A stretch of DNA of 64,000 nucleotides from Sphaerodactylus townsendi (Eukaryota): positions 27,342,001-27,406,000 of the forward strand of contig NC_059436.1 of the NCBI RefSeq assembly GCF_021028975.2, written 5' to 3'. The position numbers were made by a program, and so were the translations under genes. The notes beneath the pieces are model-generated. The model was given only the letters and a program-made list of their open reading frames with translations, made no database searches and was not told the origin of the DNA. Below, one piece after another: positions 34,327 through 48,251 of the stretch. Each line of letters starts with the position of its first letter. Positions within the stretch are counted from its first letter, which is position 1.

Positions 34327-37300
34327 CTGCAAAGAGAATAATGGATTAGAATTAGAAGTTGAGATTTGGTAGCCATTCATATCATGTTACATTCACTTCC
34401 AGTTCCTTCACAAGCTGAAAAGATCATATTTTGCAGACTTTGAGATGTCAAAGCAACCAACCGCCTTTATGAAAACCCCGTGTAAACTCAAAAGAGGAAG
34501 GAACCAAGCAATTTGCCTTTCATTTAATACTAGTATTTGGGACTGAACTGGCTCAGCTCAAAAAACACAATGCCAAGAAAAATTATTACACACACTTTAA
34601 AAACCAACTAACACACACCCTTCCCGCAGATTTTCTACTTAGATTAGGTTTTCCTCAAGTACATAGACAGTGGGCTGTGTGGGACATACTGTGAAAATAT
34701 GTTTCTGGTTTCACCCCCTGATCTACTTTTGTAGCCATAAATTTAAAATAAGAAAATTATTTTGCAAGAAAGGTGTTCAGGGATTGACATCCAGGACACT
34801 GGTGGAGCAAAAACCCCCCAAACATTGCTGTGAAATCTGTTCTATTTTTCTGTTGAGATTAACATATCAGCATGCTTTTAAAACCCAAATTCAACAAGCA
34901 GCAAAGAAAAGATCAGAACCCACCTCTGTCACAAAGCTGCATTTGAAGCAGTGACTTGGAAACATATTAATAAGCATGACCATTTACAACTACTTCATAC
35001 AATAAAATACAGACAGCCATTTACCAAACTGTAATTTATCACAGTTGAGCAGTTTGTATGGCTAAACCAATCAATGTTCTGTCAAGCAATGAGGGGAATT
35101 TCATGCATGTCCTCACTTGAGTAGAAATCCAACGAAGAAGCAAATTTCTCACTACTTGGCAGATGTTACCATTTAACATCTTACCATTTAGATACAAGTA
35201 CACTGAGAAAAGCTACACTTAATTGATTGTAATCAACATCAGTTTTTACTATAATCTAATCATTTCAGAAACAATGCTGATACATACCTCCACCAGCAAT
35301 TGTAGCTTTAATAAGGGAATCCAATTCCTCATCACCACGAATAGCAAGCTGCAAGTGACGAGGAGTGATACGTTTTACCTTGAGATCCTTGGAAGCATTA
35401 CCTGCTAATTCCAAAACCTGTCAGGAGAAAGGAAAGACTGAAATAGGACACTTTTAAAAGGATTCAAATTCATCTGTTTTTTGGGAAACAAGGCCTATAT
35501 TTTACTAGCCAAAACATGAGCCAACTTTGTTATATTGTTATTAGAAAAATAATTCTGGGCCCCTAAAATAAATGGTCTTCAAGGTAACCAATTCAAGATG
35601 GTTTAATACAGCTCATGAAAACCTCTTAACCATATAGAGAGCTGGTTTCATAATAAAGGTTCTGATTTCCCAGAGAAGACAACAGAAGTCTTTAACTATT
35701 TTGGAGTCTGCAGTTATGACCAATAGAAAAAGCTTTTCCCCACACTGCTCTAGGGTGAAGGGTCAAGCAGTTGTCATTTCTTCCCATTCACAGAGGCAAG
35801 AGCATAATGTTTGGAATGTTTGGTGAGTCATTTACCTTTTGTACCAACGCTGTCTGAAGACTTGGAGAGAAGGTATGAAAACAACCCATATTAGAGTTTA
35901 ATACCTGTTAAGGATCATACAATATTGTCTGATCCATGTTTAAAGAAAGCAAGATCAGATACCGTGTTTCCCCGAACATAAGATAGGGTCTTATATTAAT
36001 TTTTGCTCTAAAAGATGTGTTAGGGCTTATTTTCAGGGAATGTCTTATTTTTTCCATGATTTTGCGCCCCTTCACATGACCAGATCAGCTGCGTCAGGAA
36101 ATCTTATTTTTGAAGTAGGGCTTATATTTCAAGCATCCTTCAAAAATCCCAAAAAATCATGCTAGGGCTTATTTTGGGGAAACAGGGTATGTAATGGAAT
36201 TTCAGAGATACCTACAGGGCCATGGACTACATTCATGGGATTTGGCAATAGAACTTACCTCAGCAGTGAGGTACTCAAGAATTGCAGCACTGTATACAGC
36301 AGCTGTAGCACCAACCCGTCCATGGCTCGTAGTGCGAGTCTTCAAGTGTCTATGTATACGGCCCACTGGGAACTAAAAGAAAGACTTGTTCAGTATTCAC
36401 AGTCAAAGCCTGCTTCAAGGCCCTGACAGTGACTGTGAACCTTTTTTAATAAAAACACGTACACTGAATGTGGTTATCTCCACTATAAGTAATCTATAAT
36501 CAGGACCTGAACTCAAGTTTTTCCAGACTAGTCAACCAAGTTGCCAAGTTAAGCACTGCTCTTGTTACTACCTGAACTCTTCTCTGGCCAAGAGGCAAGA
36601 ATAACCAACAACTTTGTTCCAGGGAAACTCGGCTTCCTTCTCAGTTTGTGATGAGTTTTTTGTGTTTAGCTTTAATTGAATATCTGAAATTTTTTGGGTC
36701 CATTAAACCCTATGGGAAATCTTTGCAGGGCTAGGCAAGGTCAGTTTTTTGAGGTAGAGCCAAATTCTCAGAGTAACTGCAGGTGACTCTCCTTACCCAT
36801 GAGTTTGGTAAATACTGGGTCACACAGTCCAGTTTTATGGGGCCCCAAAGAGGGGAAAACAATGGAGGAATATGTAAGGGCCCATGAAATTGAATTCTTG
36901 GTCCAATCTTCACTAAACTTGGGGTCTCTTGTAAAAAGAGGCACCAGTAGCTGTGCTGCAAATTTGGTGCCTTTATCTTAAAAAATAGCTGCCCAGAATC
37001 CCACAAAGTTTTCCCATTAACTAACATAGGAGCTCTTCCCATTAACTTTTAAAGGGAACAGCTCCATGTTACCCTATGGCAAATCTTTTAAGGGCTCTCA
37101 AGGGAGGGCTGTTTTTAAGATAGATTTTTGGCAGTGATGCAGGTGCAGTTCCTTATGAGAAACTCCAAGTTTGGTGAAGACTAGGTCAGGAGGTCCCATG
37201 CTATGGACTCCCAAATGGAAGAAAACTGGGTGCCTATAAAATTGGACCCCCTGACCCGAAGTCAACCAAACCCAGGGCTCTTGTAAAGAGAGGCACCTAC

Positions 37301-40300
37301 AGCTATGCTGAAAATCTGGTGCTTCTGCTTCAAACCTCCCCCCCCCCCCCACACACACACACACAGCAGCAGCAGAAAAAGTTGCCATAGGCTAACATGG
37401 AGCCATTCCCTTTAAAAATTAAGGGGAACAGCTCCTATGTTAGTTAATGGGAATATTCCCTGGGGCTCTGGGAAAGCTATATTTAAGACAGAGGCACCAC
37501 ATTTGCATGGCAACTGCTAGTGCGGGATACAATGTTATGGGCCCCCAACTTTTCCTTCATTGTTTCTAATGGAGGACAGATGGGTATACCCTGTTTGGAG
37601 ACATCCTGTCCCAATCTTTACCAAATTCTGGGGTTCTTGTAAGGAGAGGCACCAGCAGCTGCCATGCAAATTTAGTAGCTGCTTCTCAAAAAACCACACC
37701 CCCAGAGCCTCACAAAAACTATGGACCTGAAAAATCCATAAAAAGCCAAAAAATTCTCAGGGTCCTTTTTTTGGTTTTTCCCCCAGGGCATATCTCAATG
37801 CACACCTCTAATGCACAGCATACAATGTTATAATTGTTACAACGATAGAGCAACATTGCTCAAGAAATCTGAATAAAATCTGACATTGATGTAGAGGTAA
37901 CCAATATACAAATTTTACCTGAAGTCCAGCTCTTTGTGAGCGAGACACTGCTTTCGCCTTGGCTTTTCCACTGTCCTTGCCAGCCTTGCCTCCAGCCTAA
38001 ATTTTTTAAAAACACACACACAAATAAAGTTTACTTGTTTTTAAGACACTAGTCAGAGACACAGGACATTTCAAAACTAAGAATCCAACATGTAGGGATG
38101 AAATGTCTGCTTAATGTTAACAGCCACATTTTCTATAAACTCAAAAGCATGAAATTGTCATAAGTTTTAATGTTATGCTTTGGTATTTCTTTTCTTGATA
38201 AAGAATCCCACCGTTATTCTTGAACCAAAGCCTAATATGTAAAGATGTGATTTTATTATGTTTTTAATCCGTTATCCACCTTGGCGGTCCTGATAAAGGC
38301 AGGAAAGGGGGGTGTTTAATAAATTATGTAAATTAAAAAACAAACACATTATTAAAGAAAGTGACTCCAAAATTTAGATGGCATGAAGTTGTCATGATTG
38401 TTTGACATTACAACCGAAACCCTCTAGCTGCAAGTATTCAGTTGAAGTACTTTTGCAAAGTAAATGTACAGTGTAAATCTGTACATCTTGTTCAGTTACC
38501 TAGTTTTTTTAAGAGGGAAAGATTTATTTTAAATGTCGAAGATAAATGGAATAAGAAGCTTTAATTTGCAATAAGCGTGTAAAATATAAAAGATTAAATA
38601 ATAAGGATTTGTTCACAATTTATATATTGCTGTAAATATTTAAACAAGTGTGGACATAAAATCGTAAAAAAAGGAGGGGGATTGAAAATGTTTTAGAAAT
38701 GTTTTTGAGGATTTGTGGGGATAGGACCATTGATTTACTAGGATTTCAGCTAAAATAAGTGTTCTAAAACTGATCAAATGGAACTTTTATGTTAAGCATA
38801 TCAACCCACAATTCTTTTTCCACTTAAACTGTATTAGGATTAATAAAGATGTTACATTATACATGAACAGCTCCAGCCCATTTTAAATAACTGATTTTCC
38901 TATACAAAAAATAAAACATATACAGTCAGCTTAATTTCTCCTTTTTAACTGGTAATTATCTAGGCATTAAAGTCTTATCTGAAATTTGAGCTGGAAGACC
39001 ACAATTAATATATGCTGTGTAAAGCAGACATCTTGATTTAATAATAAAATGGGATAATCCACACAAACCACCCCTAACTCTTCTGGAAGACAAGAATAAT
39101 AATTAATGAAGGCATACAACTTCTAGAATGAAATTAAAACCAAATACTTCATAATATGCTTGCTTCGGCGACAAATATATTGGCACTAGAATAATATTTC
39201 ATAATTGGAAATCCCAATAACCAGAATTTCAATTCACCATTGAATTCAGCATTAAAGCATTGCTCATTATGAGCTGATTATGTGACAATACAATCAAATA
39301 TATGACTGAGAGATTTTCATTCTTCTTGGTTTTGTAGGACAGCTTGAAAACTGTCTATAAGTCTGAACACAACCCTAATACTAAGACACCATAACAAGAG
39401 CAATATTCATGCCAGGGACGATTTTCTGCATATTAGTCTTAAAGTTATAACAAGACACCATGAAGCTACATACAGTCATTCATGTGGTGTCTATTTCCTG
39501 CCTTGACTTTTTTGCCTTGACTTATTTCATTGCTATAAAATGTAACAGGCAGTACTGTACTTTAGATACAGCAGTATAAACTAAGGATTATTATCTAATA
39601 TGCTCAAAATGCCATCATAGACTACAATGGCTGGGTAGAAATCAGATCTTTCCCTGTTTTCACAAATTTCTATGCTTGAAAATAACAATGATAGCTGTGG
39701 CCTTGCATCTGTGTCTGGAATGCTGAACTTTTACTTTGCACTATTATGCCAATCCAAGCCAGAGGCTCAGAACAAGTTATAGGGAACCTTCAGACCTGTT
39801 CACATTGTCAGTTCAGCACAGATTCAAAACAGACAGGAGTGGTAAAAAGACCTTATGCTACCATGTATTTTATTAGAAGAACTATACAGTCTACATTATA
39901 TGTGGTTATGTGACCAGGATCTTATCTTTATAGGATTCCAAACCTATTACATTCACCATGCATCTTAGGGCTACACCCATCAGTAATCATTTCATCCTAT
40001 TTCAGACTACTTACAAATCAGGAGGAACAGGCCTCCACTCAATTACATCAGTAAAGGAACTACTTCCCTTCAGTAGAACTTAATATAGTGCTTTGACTTA
40101 ACACCCTAAGCTATAACTAAAGAAGCATTTGCACACTGCACAAGCACTTGCTTGCAATATAAATACTGTATTGGCAGGCATGACGTATAAACAACTGCAT
40201 AAACTGGAAGGAGGGTGTTTTCCTACCCACTGTTTTGCCATCTGAACTTATTATGCCATTAATTACACTGCAATTGTATCTTGTCCCTCCCTCCTCTCAG

Positions 40301-43300
40301 ACAAAACCAGACTGTAAATTTCACTGTCATATTCTTTAAGTCTAGTTTTGAATCATCTGTCAAGTCAGAAAGCATCTTTGTATTGCCTGCTCTAATTTCT
40401 CTCTCTCTCATACCCACACGACTTCATATTTCTAAGAACCCAGTTAGTGCTTTAACAACTCAGAGGCTGATTGTCTCCCTCTCCCCAACAAAAATGCTTG
40501 AAAATATGTTTTTGTATTTATAGTAACAGAGTTAAATTCAACAGATGAAGTTAAGGTTTTGACTGTTTCAGAGGATAATCAATATTGCCCAGATTAATGC
40601 AGGGGGGTGCAATTAGCCCACTGCTCACTCCTATCAGTTTAATATAGGAAGAGAAGCCTTGTGTTAGATATCAACTGTAAATGCTGCCTCTCCCTGGACC
40701 TTAAAGGCAAGAAATGCACCCACCAAAGCAACAACACTGACTAGCCTGAAGCTTGACAGAACTGTGAGGTTTTCAATTATAAATTTCACCACAGCAATAA
40801 CAATGTCTGCTAAAGAATGCTAAAATACCAGTAAAAGAAGATTTAAATTATTGTCACTTGAACAACCAACTCAAGATGTCCCAGTTCTCTCATGCAAGAA
40901 CAGGATTGCAGCTCCATCCTAATCAAGTTAATGGAAAAAAGTACCAGACACTAAATTTCAAATGATCAATGAACAACTTTCAAGTTAACTCAGAGTTATA
41001 CTTTATTTCAATAAGCTTTTAAAGGCTAGCTGCAGTCTTACAGTTCTCAGGCCCCTTCCGAACATGCAGAATAATGCACTTTCAATCCATTTTCAATGTA
41101 CTTTGCAGCTGTATGGAATAGCAAAATCCACTTGTAAACAATTGTGAAAGTGGACTGAAAGTGCATTATTCTGCATGTGCGGAAGGGGCCACAGAAACAA
41201 CTTGCTCAAGCTGTTGAGTTCAGTTCTTCTTGCCTCAATATATTTTCTATGCCAATCATCTCAGTCGGGCCATTACTAGAATTAAATGCATTACACAGAA
41301 TACATAGTTAAGTATGCTCTTAAACTACACAGATTATAGCTCCAAATGCAACGTTTTGAGCTGCATGAAATTACCAATCCTGCATATGAACTAGCTGCAG
41401 ATCTGCCCGACTGCTGTCACAATGCACTTTGTGGCATGGGAGGAAAAAACTGTTCGCAAACCTTATCCTAAGCATTTATTTGGATAAAACAAGATATGAT
41501 ACTAACAAATACTATAATCAGTATAATCAAATTCTTCTGTGTAAACCTGTCCATTTACTGAAATCTCCAACAGAAGCCATGCTACTGTGGGATTGGTTTT
41601 CTTTGCTGGGACACCTTTGTATGTGAAACCCAAAGAAATATATCTGATGTTCATTTAAATTATTTTAGGCAAAGGAAAGTAGTTTCTGCATTAAAACTTA
41701 CAATAAGATTAAACTGGATATTGTTTAAAGTGCCTTATTCCTATCTCAAGCAATTTTAGCCAGACACTTTATATTTCTACAAGTTTAACTTGTTTATGTG
41801 AATAGCTTTAAATGTTTAATAGAATGGCAGGATACAATTTTTATGAACATTTATTCTGAATGTTCTGAAGTTCAAAGAAACTTGTATCCTGAAAAATTGT
41901 GTTTATTATTATACTTCTGTGTGGCAAAAATTTGGGCAACACATCACTTTTGAATCTTACACGAGTTTTCATTGAGGTGACAATCCTATACACAGTTAGG
42001 CACATCTAAGTCCAATTATTTCACGGGTTTAAGCTTATCTAACTTTGTATAGAATGGGACTAGGGGAAACACACTTCTGGATTACACAAAATCAGAAAGC
42101 AAATCTCTTCACATTTGTTTACCAAACATGGCCTGAAGCGAACAAACAAGGTATTGGTAAGTTTTGAGTACATACTATTTTCAAATGATTTGGGAGTACT
42201 GAACAGACCATTAGCAAGGCTAGGGTATAAGTGCTAGTCTAGCAAATGAAACAGAAGTCCAGTGGCACTTTCTAGCATCTGAAGAAATGAGCTATAACTC
42301 AGTGGTCATGTTGAAAAAATGCTGTTAGTTTTTTAAGGTGCCACTGGACTTCTGTTTTAATTAGCAAGACTTTTAAACTGCCATACATGTATACCATAAT
42401 TTGCAACACGAAAAGGCACATACCCCTGAAATGACTGGAGAGAATTTGTAAGGGAAATAATTACAGACAAAACCTTCCAATGGACATTCTATAAAAACAT
42501 ATGACTTTTGCTATAGCCTCAAGCATTTCATTTAGTAGATTGAACTGATCATGTCATTTTTACAGGTGAGTTGCAAGAGAACAGTGAAACATGGCAAGCT
42601 AGGAGAGATGACACATGTTTGCATATACATAATGTATAAAATGGCCATAAAATAATGTAATAAAAATATGCAATAACTACCAAACATGAAAAATAAATTA
42701 TAAACATGTTCAAAGTTAACAATTTTTTAATTCTTGTGTTCACACTGGAGAGTGAAGATAACATCTGTTACTTTGTAAGTGGGTTCCAAAAATTAAGGAA
42801 CATTCAACAATGGGTACCCAAAGGTACAATAAACTATGAAGTGGGTCCCTTGGGAATCACTGGTTTAAAAGAATACAGAACAATTAGAAATGGTAAAACT
42901 CAGCAGTTTCTGCAATAACTTTTAATACCAAGAATGTTTTCCTGACTGAAGTACAGAATACAGTTAACCCTTCAACATCGCTGGGGTTAGGGCCGTGGTG
43001 GCGAACCTATGGTACTCCATGGCCAATTGGCCATGCTGGCAGGGGTTGATGGGAATTGTAGTCCATGAACATCTGGAGTGCCATAGGTTCACCACCACTT
43101 AGGGACAAGCTGCCCCCCACAATCTGAAAATCCTTGTAAAAAATTTTCTTCTTACCAGAGAATAAGTCTATATTTTTTCTTTAACTTTCAAAAAGAATTG
43201 TACATATTTATGGGATTAAAAGATAAAATATGTTTACATTGTACAATATATATACACACACACATACACACACACAAGCATTTGAGTTTCTAAACTTTTT

Positions 43301-44568
43301 CTGTTGCCATCTGCTGCTTCTGCAAAACTCCCCCCAAATCCCCATTTAGTTTGTTATGCGGACTTGTGATATATCAAAACCATGATAGGGAAAGTCATTA
43401 TGTGGAAGGAATAACTGTACTTATTTCATTGGGAACGTGTTTACTGGGAATGTTGACAACTTGCGATAGACAATGAAAGGCAGTTCTTTCCCAACCATGC
43501 TAGCTGTCACTTCTGAAAACCAGCCTATGCACTTTTACCTTTAAATTCCTAAGTACTGGGCTTACGCCTGAGTAAAAGTACACACAATCCTGCGATAAAG
43601 CCTCAGTTCTACACCAAATAATTGGAAGCCTTTCTGAGTGAAAGCCAACGAAAGATTCTTCGCGGAAAATATGCAGAGCAGATCTTCACAGGCCACGAGC
43701 GAGAACCTGCCTGGAACACAGTGACAGCGGGAAGGGGGCTGGGCTCTCGCGCGAAGTTGCGGCGAGCGGGTCCAAGGCTGTCATAGCGGGAGCTGCCTCT
43801 GGTGGGACCCTCCACACTTCAACTGACGCCCGCGTGAGCAAACAGATGACATTTATGCCACATTCTGTTGCTAGGAAATCTTTTCGCAGCGGAAGAAGCG
43901 TTACGCAAGCCTGCTGGCAGCGCTCGAAGCCGCCCTTTGGGGAGCCCGGAGGCCTTGGCCGTGTCAGTGACACGGGGGCACAGTTCAAAGGGGGGGAAGC
44001 CTGCCCGCGCGCAATGCACACCAGCCTAACAAGACACCCCCCACCCCTAAGATCAGGGTCCACTGAACGCAGGGCGAAACCAGGGTTTGTCACCCAGTGC
44101 GCCTTCCTCAGCGAGAAAAGCCGCCGCTCAGTTCCAGCTTCCTGGCGGCGATACCCATATGCTACACGTGTTAGCGCATTCACACTTTACTTTTTAATGG
44201 GGAACACCGGAAAGCGGAATACGTGAGAAGTCCCCGAAACAAGCAGGGCTTCCAGAACACCCCGTGAAAAGGCAGGATGTGCCCCCTGGCGACTTCCCGG
44301 ACCTCCACCCAACTCCCTTAATAAACTGGGGTTTAAGGTCACTCGTGACAGGAAAAGAGTCAACCTCGATCCAGCCGGACGAGAGACACGACACGATACG
44401 GAGAGAAACGCATCGCCTTCTCGCCGCCCCCAGGGGTGCCGGACGTCGTTCCCTCACTGCCGGCGCTAGAAATAAGTGGGAGCCCCGCAAGCACTTCTTG
44501 ATTGACCGTCCGGGTTTATTTTCTCCGCTGTTTCGCCCTGCGCGCCATTATCTTTCTGCCCTCACCAT
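34265..44568 (-). CDS. H2AZ2: histone H2A.Z.2 (H2AFV), whole spliced CDS: 5 exons, 387 nt, 128 aa
   Basis: Exons 44566-44568, 37919-37996, 36259-36372, 35288-35417, 34265-34326. Protein [45 protein letters not shown]...KKGQQKTA carries A14/T38/A127, diagnostic of Z.2. Confidence 0.97.
35288..35417 (-). CDS. H2AZ2: H2AZ2 exon 4
   Basis: [43 protein letters not shown]; |gtatgt. Confidence 0.97.
35962..36187. mobile_element. Tc1/mariner-type MITE in H2AZ2 intron 3
   Basis: TA|CCGTGTTTCCCCGAACATAAG ... CTTATTTTGGGGAAACAGGG|TA. Confidence 0.75.
36259..36372 (-). CDS. H2AZ2: H2AZ2 exon 3
   Basis: [38 protein letters not shown]; |gtaagt. Confidence 0.97.
36690..37810. mobile_element. degenerate DNA-transposon-like repeat with internal repeats, in H2AZ2 intron 2
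   Basis: Motif TCTTGTAA.GAGAGGCACC.GCAGCT.TG..GCAAAT recurs at ~36925, ~37280 and ~37635; resembles the 53891-55967 family; boundaries approximate. Confidence 0.5.
37919..37996 (-). CDS. H2AZ2: H2AZ2 exon 2
   Basis: [26 protein letters not shown]; |gtaaaa. Confidence 0.97.
41050..41190. mobile_element. 141-bp PIF/Harbinger-like MITE
   Basis: ~35-bp TIR GGCCCCTTCCGAACATGCAGAATAATGCACTTTCA / TGAAAGTGCATTATTCTGCATGTGCGGAAGGGGCC. Confidence 0.82.
42961..43417. mobile_element. Tigger/mariner-like MITE with nested hAT MITE (42993-~43099)
   Basis: TA|CAGTTAACCCTTC ... GAAGGAATAACTG|TA; the inner element belongs to the same family as 7312-7430. Confidence 0.65.
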
Positions 44569-45070
44569 GGTTTCGTCGCTGCCCTGTAAGGTTCGGTCCC
44601 GATTCCGAGCTAGAGCTGCCTCAGAAAGTCGAAAGACAATAACCCGCCTGAACGCGAGGAGGGAGCCTGGCCTGCCGCGGCCACGGCGAGCCAATCAAGA
44701 CAAACCATGCTAGTTTGAACCTCCCGCCTTGACCAATCCAATTACGGCTTCTTACTTCCTCGGATAAGTCCCGCCCAGCGGCCCGTTTAACGGCTGTTTT
44801 TTGCCCCCCTTCTTTCTTTGCACACGGCACATCAGAGCGAGAGAGGTGGGAGGCGCGACAAACTGTCGCTCCGTGCGGGTGGGAAGAGTTCTGAGTGGCG
44901 GGCCTTTTGCCCAATAAAAGAAAGAAGCCGCCATGTAGGAGGCTATATCATTGAGGTAACAGCAATATGAACCAATCGAAAGCAAGGAAGTTTTCCCGCC
45001 CATGTTGTCTTCACCCTCCCCCCAGTTGTTTGTTTGCGAGGAGAAAAAAATGGAGTCGGCGACTCCGGGG
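43700..45070 (-). promoter_or_regulatory. H2AZ2: H2AZ2 CpG island and promoter
   Basis: High CpG; CCAAT at 44691, 44733, 44738, 44911 and 44972; TTTGAA (CHR-like) at 44714; GC boxes; E2F-like TTTCCCGCC at ~44992; YY1-like GCCGCCATG at ~44927. Confidence 0.85.
44566..44568 (-). CDS. H2AZ2: H2AZ2 exon 1, coding part (ATG only)
   Basis: Minus strand aaccATG|gtgagg inside the CpG island, the typical H2A.Z architecture. Confidence 0.88.
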
Positions 45071-45904
45071 TGGGGGTTGGTTTTGTATCTTCATTCAGAG
45101 GTTTCAGTGTGTTTCGTCAGTAGTCATCATGTCGATGCCCTAAATGGAAATAATTGTTTCTTTTTGACACCTTCCTCCCTGCCGCCAATTGTCAGTCTTT
45201 AACTTTTTGTCCCCCGCCAAAAAAACTGACCTCACAGGTATAAGTAAAATTTAATATTGACTTGGAATAGAGGAGGGGGATCCTATGGACTGTTACCAGA
45301 TCCGTTCATTTGATCCTTTGCCTCACAGTTAATCTTGGAAGCGAGTCCCAGAGTTCACTGATTCAAGGGCTTTTGTAGCCTTTGAAGGAGGATTCATCCT
45401 AGGTCAGGATTGGTAGCAGCCATGTGACTTGCCACCACACAACTTCCTTGTCTTATCCAGGTACTTGTGCACTACTGTTCAAGAGCGCAGCCTCCACAAG
45501 AAAGCAAGTTTGGGGTAGTGGTTAGAGTTTAAGACTAGGATCTGGGAGATATGGTTCAAATCCTTATTTCGCCATTCACTGGGTGATCTTGGACCAGTCA
45601 CACTCATCACAGCTTGCCTCCCAGTGCAGTTTTGAGGATAAAATAAAAGAGATGCAAATAACCTAAGCTGCTTTGAACTCACATTGTGCAGAAAGATGGC
45701 GTACACATTAAATAATAATTATAGTTGAAGATGGGTAGCATAATAGGTAGACTGTAGGATAGAATGTAGAGAAGGAAGCAGGAAAAAGAGAAAGCGAATG
45801 AGGGCTTTCAGGAAAAGGAAATGGGGGGGATGAGATTCCCCCCCCCCCACAAGTCCTTGCCAGTCCCCTTGTTTGCATATTGTCTGTAGCTGAGGCCAGG
45901 AACT

Positions 45905-46190
45905 TAGTTATAGTGTGGTAGTTAAGAACAGTGGACTCTAAGCTGAAGAATCAGGTTTGATCCTCCACCTGAGCAGCAGACTCTTATCTGATGAACTGGA
46001 TTTGCTTCCCCACTCCTACACACGAAGCTTGCTGGGTGACCTTGGGCTAGTCACAGTTCTTCAGAACTCTCTCAGTCCCACCTACCTCACAAGATGTCTG
46101 TGGTAGGGAGAGGAAGGGAAAGGAGTTTTTAATCTGCTTTGAGACTCTTTATCGGAGAGAAAGGCAGAGTATAACTGCAAACTCTTCTTT
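45905..46190 (+). mobile_element. SINE (Squam3-like)
   Basis: Closely similar to 14483-14790. Confidence 0.8.
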
Positions 46191-46929
46191 TTATTCTGTT
46201 GCCAGCTAAATATCTGTGTAGATAAGCAGCAACATGGCATGAACCACAAACAGGCTAGGAGTTATTACATATTTGGACTACACAGGTATGCATGAAAATA
46301 TGACTTCATAAATTAACTAAATGAAAATTTCTGATGAAGACAAAGCAAGCTCCAGGAAGCACAGAACATTTGGCAGCTATTAAAAGTCAGTGCCAAACTG
46401 GAAAGGTGGCCTGGTGATCATAATCATTGACAAAATGTATACCCTGCCTTCCTGTACTCATCAGGGCCACCAAGGCAACTAATGAATTAAAAACATACAT
46501 CATAATAACAATGGAAACCAAACTACTGCTAGAAAGATATATGTAACCAACCTGCTATATGTATTCACTGCGATATGTGCATTCTTTCCTTGATCTTTAC
46601 TTTATGGCTTCACACACTTTGTAGACAACTAGGCTTTCCCTGGTACTTCTGTCGCATGGGAACTGCGGTACATCCGTTATCTCGTAGGGCAACAAGCTCG
46701 TAGGGCTTTCTCTTGCTATCTGCTGCTGACCTTGGGGCACCTTAACTCCAAAGAATACACAAACTCTTGGGAAAACGGGAGGGGGGTTCTCTACAAGTGA
46801 TAAAGGGACTGTGAATGCCAGCTTCGTCAGAACTGGCTTTGTCAAGTGTGGTGCTTTGATGCCTATTCAGTAAACACTTCTGATCAATACTTCAGAGTCC
46901 AGTTATTGGCTTAAGATTGTGAGACCTCA

Positions 46930-47695
46930 CAATGGGATATCAATACAGCTATTCCAAAACACAGAACCAGAGACCATATACCAACAAATATGGAGAACAC
47001 AACTGAGAACACAACTGCCCATAAACATTGAAATTCCAAAAATAAAGAAATGTCACAAAGACTGCAGCAACTATCCAACCATCACATTAATTTCTCATGT
47101 GATGTTCAAAATCTTGTGACAAAGACTGTTACCACATATGGAAAGAGAAATGCCAGATGTTTATACTGGATTCAAAAAAGGAAGAGGCACTAGAGAGCAT
47201 ATTGCAAATTTACATTAGTTACTTCAGCTTAGAAGAGAACATCAGAAGAAATGTAGCTTGTATTTCATAAAGTACAGAAATTTTTTTGACTGTGGATCAT
47301 GAAAAGCCATGGTTGATTTTAAAAGAAATGATTATGCCACAACCATATTTGATTGCGCAACGGGTGCTCCAGACAAAAGGCCACTGTTAGGACAGAATAT
47401 GAAGAAACAATATGGAGAAAAAAAATCATGGCTGAACTCTCCTTAGAAGGTAAAATGACCCAAACTGATGCTATCATATGTTGGCCACACTGTGAGAAGA
47501 CAAGACTCACTGGGGAAAAAAAACCCCAATCATGCTAGCACAAGTTGAAGGCAGCAGAAAAAGAAGACGAGCCTACATGAGATGAATTTATTCCTGAGCA
47601 AGGAGGTTAATGATAGGATGTTTTGGAAGTCATTAATTCATAAGTTGCCATAAGTCAGAAGTGATTTGATGACACTTAATGTGCACACACACTCT
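46930..47695 (+). mobile_element. degenerate RTE/BovB LINE fragments
   Basis: Decayed RT-like sequence (TITLISH..., GFKKGRGTR.HIAN-like DNA) and a BovB-like 3' end with CA tail. Confidence 0.65.
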
Positions 47696-48251
47696 AAGCA
47701 ACTTGGTACAACATCAGAGGAGAGTATTGTTTATTTTATCATATACTCCTATAGCTGCCCTAGAGTCAGTCAGGGATTCCTCCTTATGAGTTGTGAGACT
47801 GAAATACTCTCCAGCAGGCCCCACAACTTAGTGAGGCATCTATGCTTCCCCTCTTGCCCAGACTGTCGTTTCATGGTCTCTGGTCTAATGTTCCAGCTTC
47901 TATTGCTAAGGTCTGGGTATCAGCCCTGAAGTCTCTGGGCCCCAGTCCATTAGTGGCAGTTCCTCTCTTTCACTACTGCTGCACCTGCTACTTGTGGCAG
48001 AACTGTTGAAGCTGGCGCTCTTTCCCAGCTGGAACCAACACCGGATTTCAGCACTAGACAGAGTTAAGGAGGGTGGGCTATTGATAAAGAGCTAATTGAT
48101 AAGAATCAACCAAGTCTTGAAATCAGTGTATGGACCTGGGAGGAGGGGAGGAGATGGGGTGTGAGGAGGGTGACTAAATGGCCACAACCTGGGGACATTT
48201 GACCCCATATGTCCCCCTGGGTGGTATGCCCCTGCTTACAACATCAAAAAT

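Noticed and set aside
34265-44568. Calling the histone H2AZ1, or a pseudogene
   Set aside because: A14, T38 and A127 are Z.2-specific; introns and a CpG-island promoter are intact.
43609-45003. Several 100-165 aa ORFs on both strands
   Set aside because: Typical by-product of a stop-poor CpG island; no recognisable homology.
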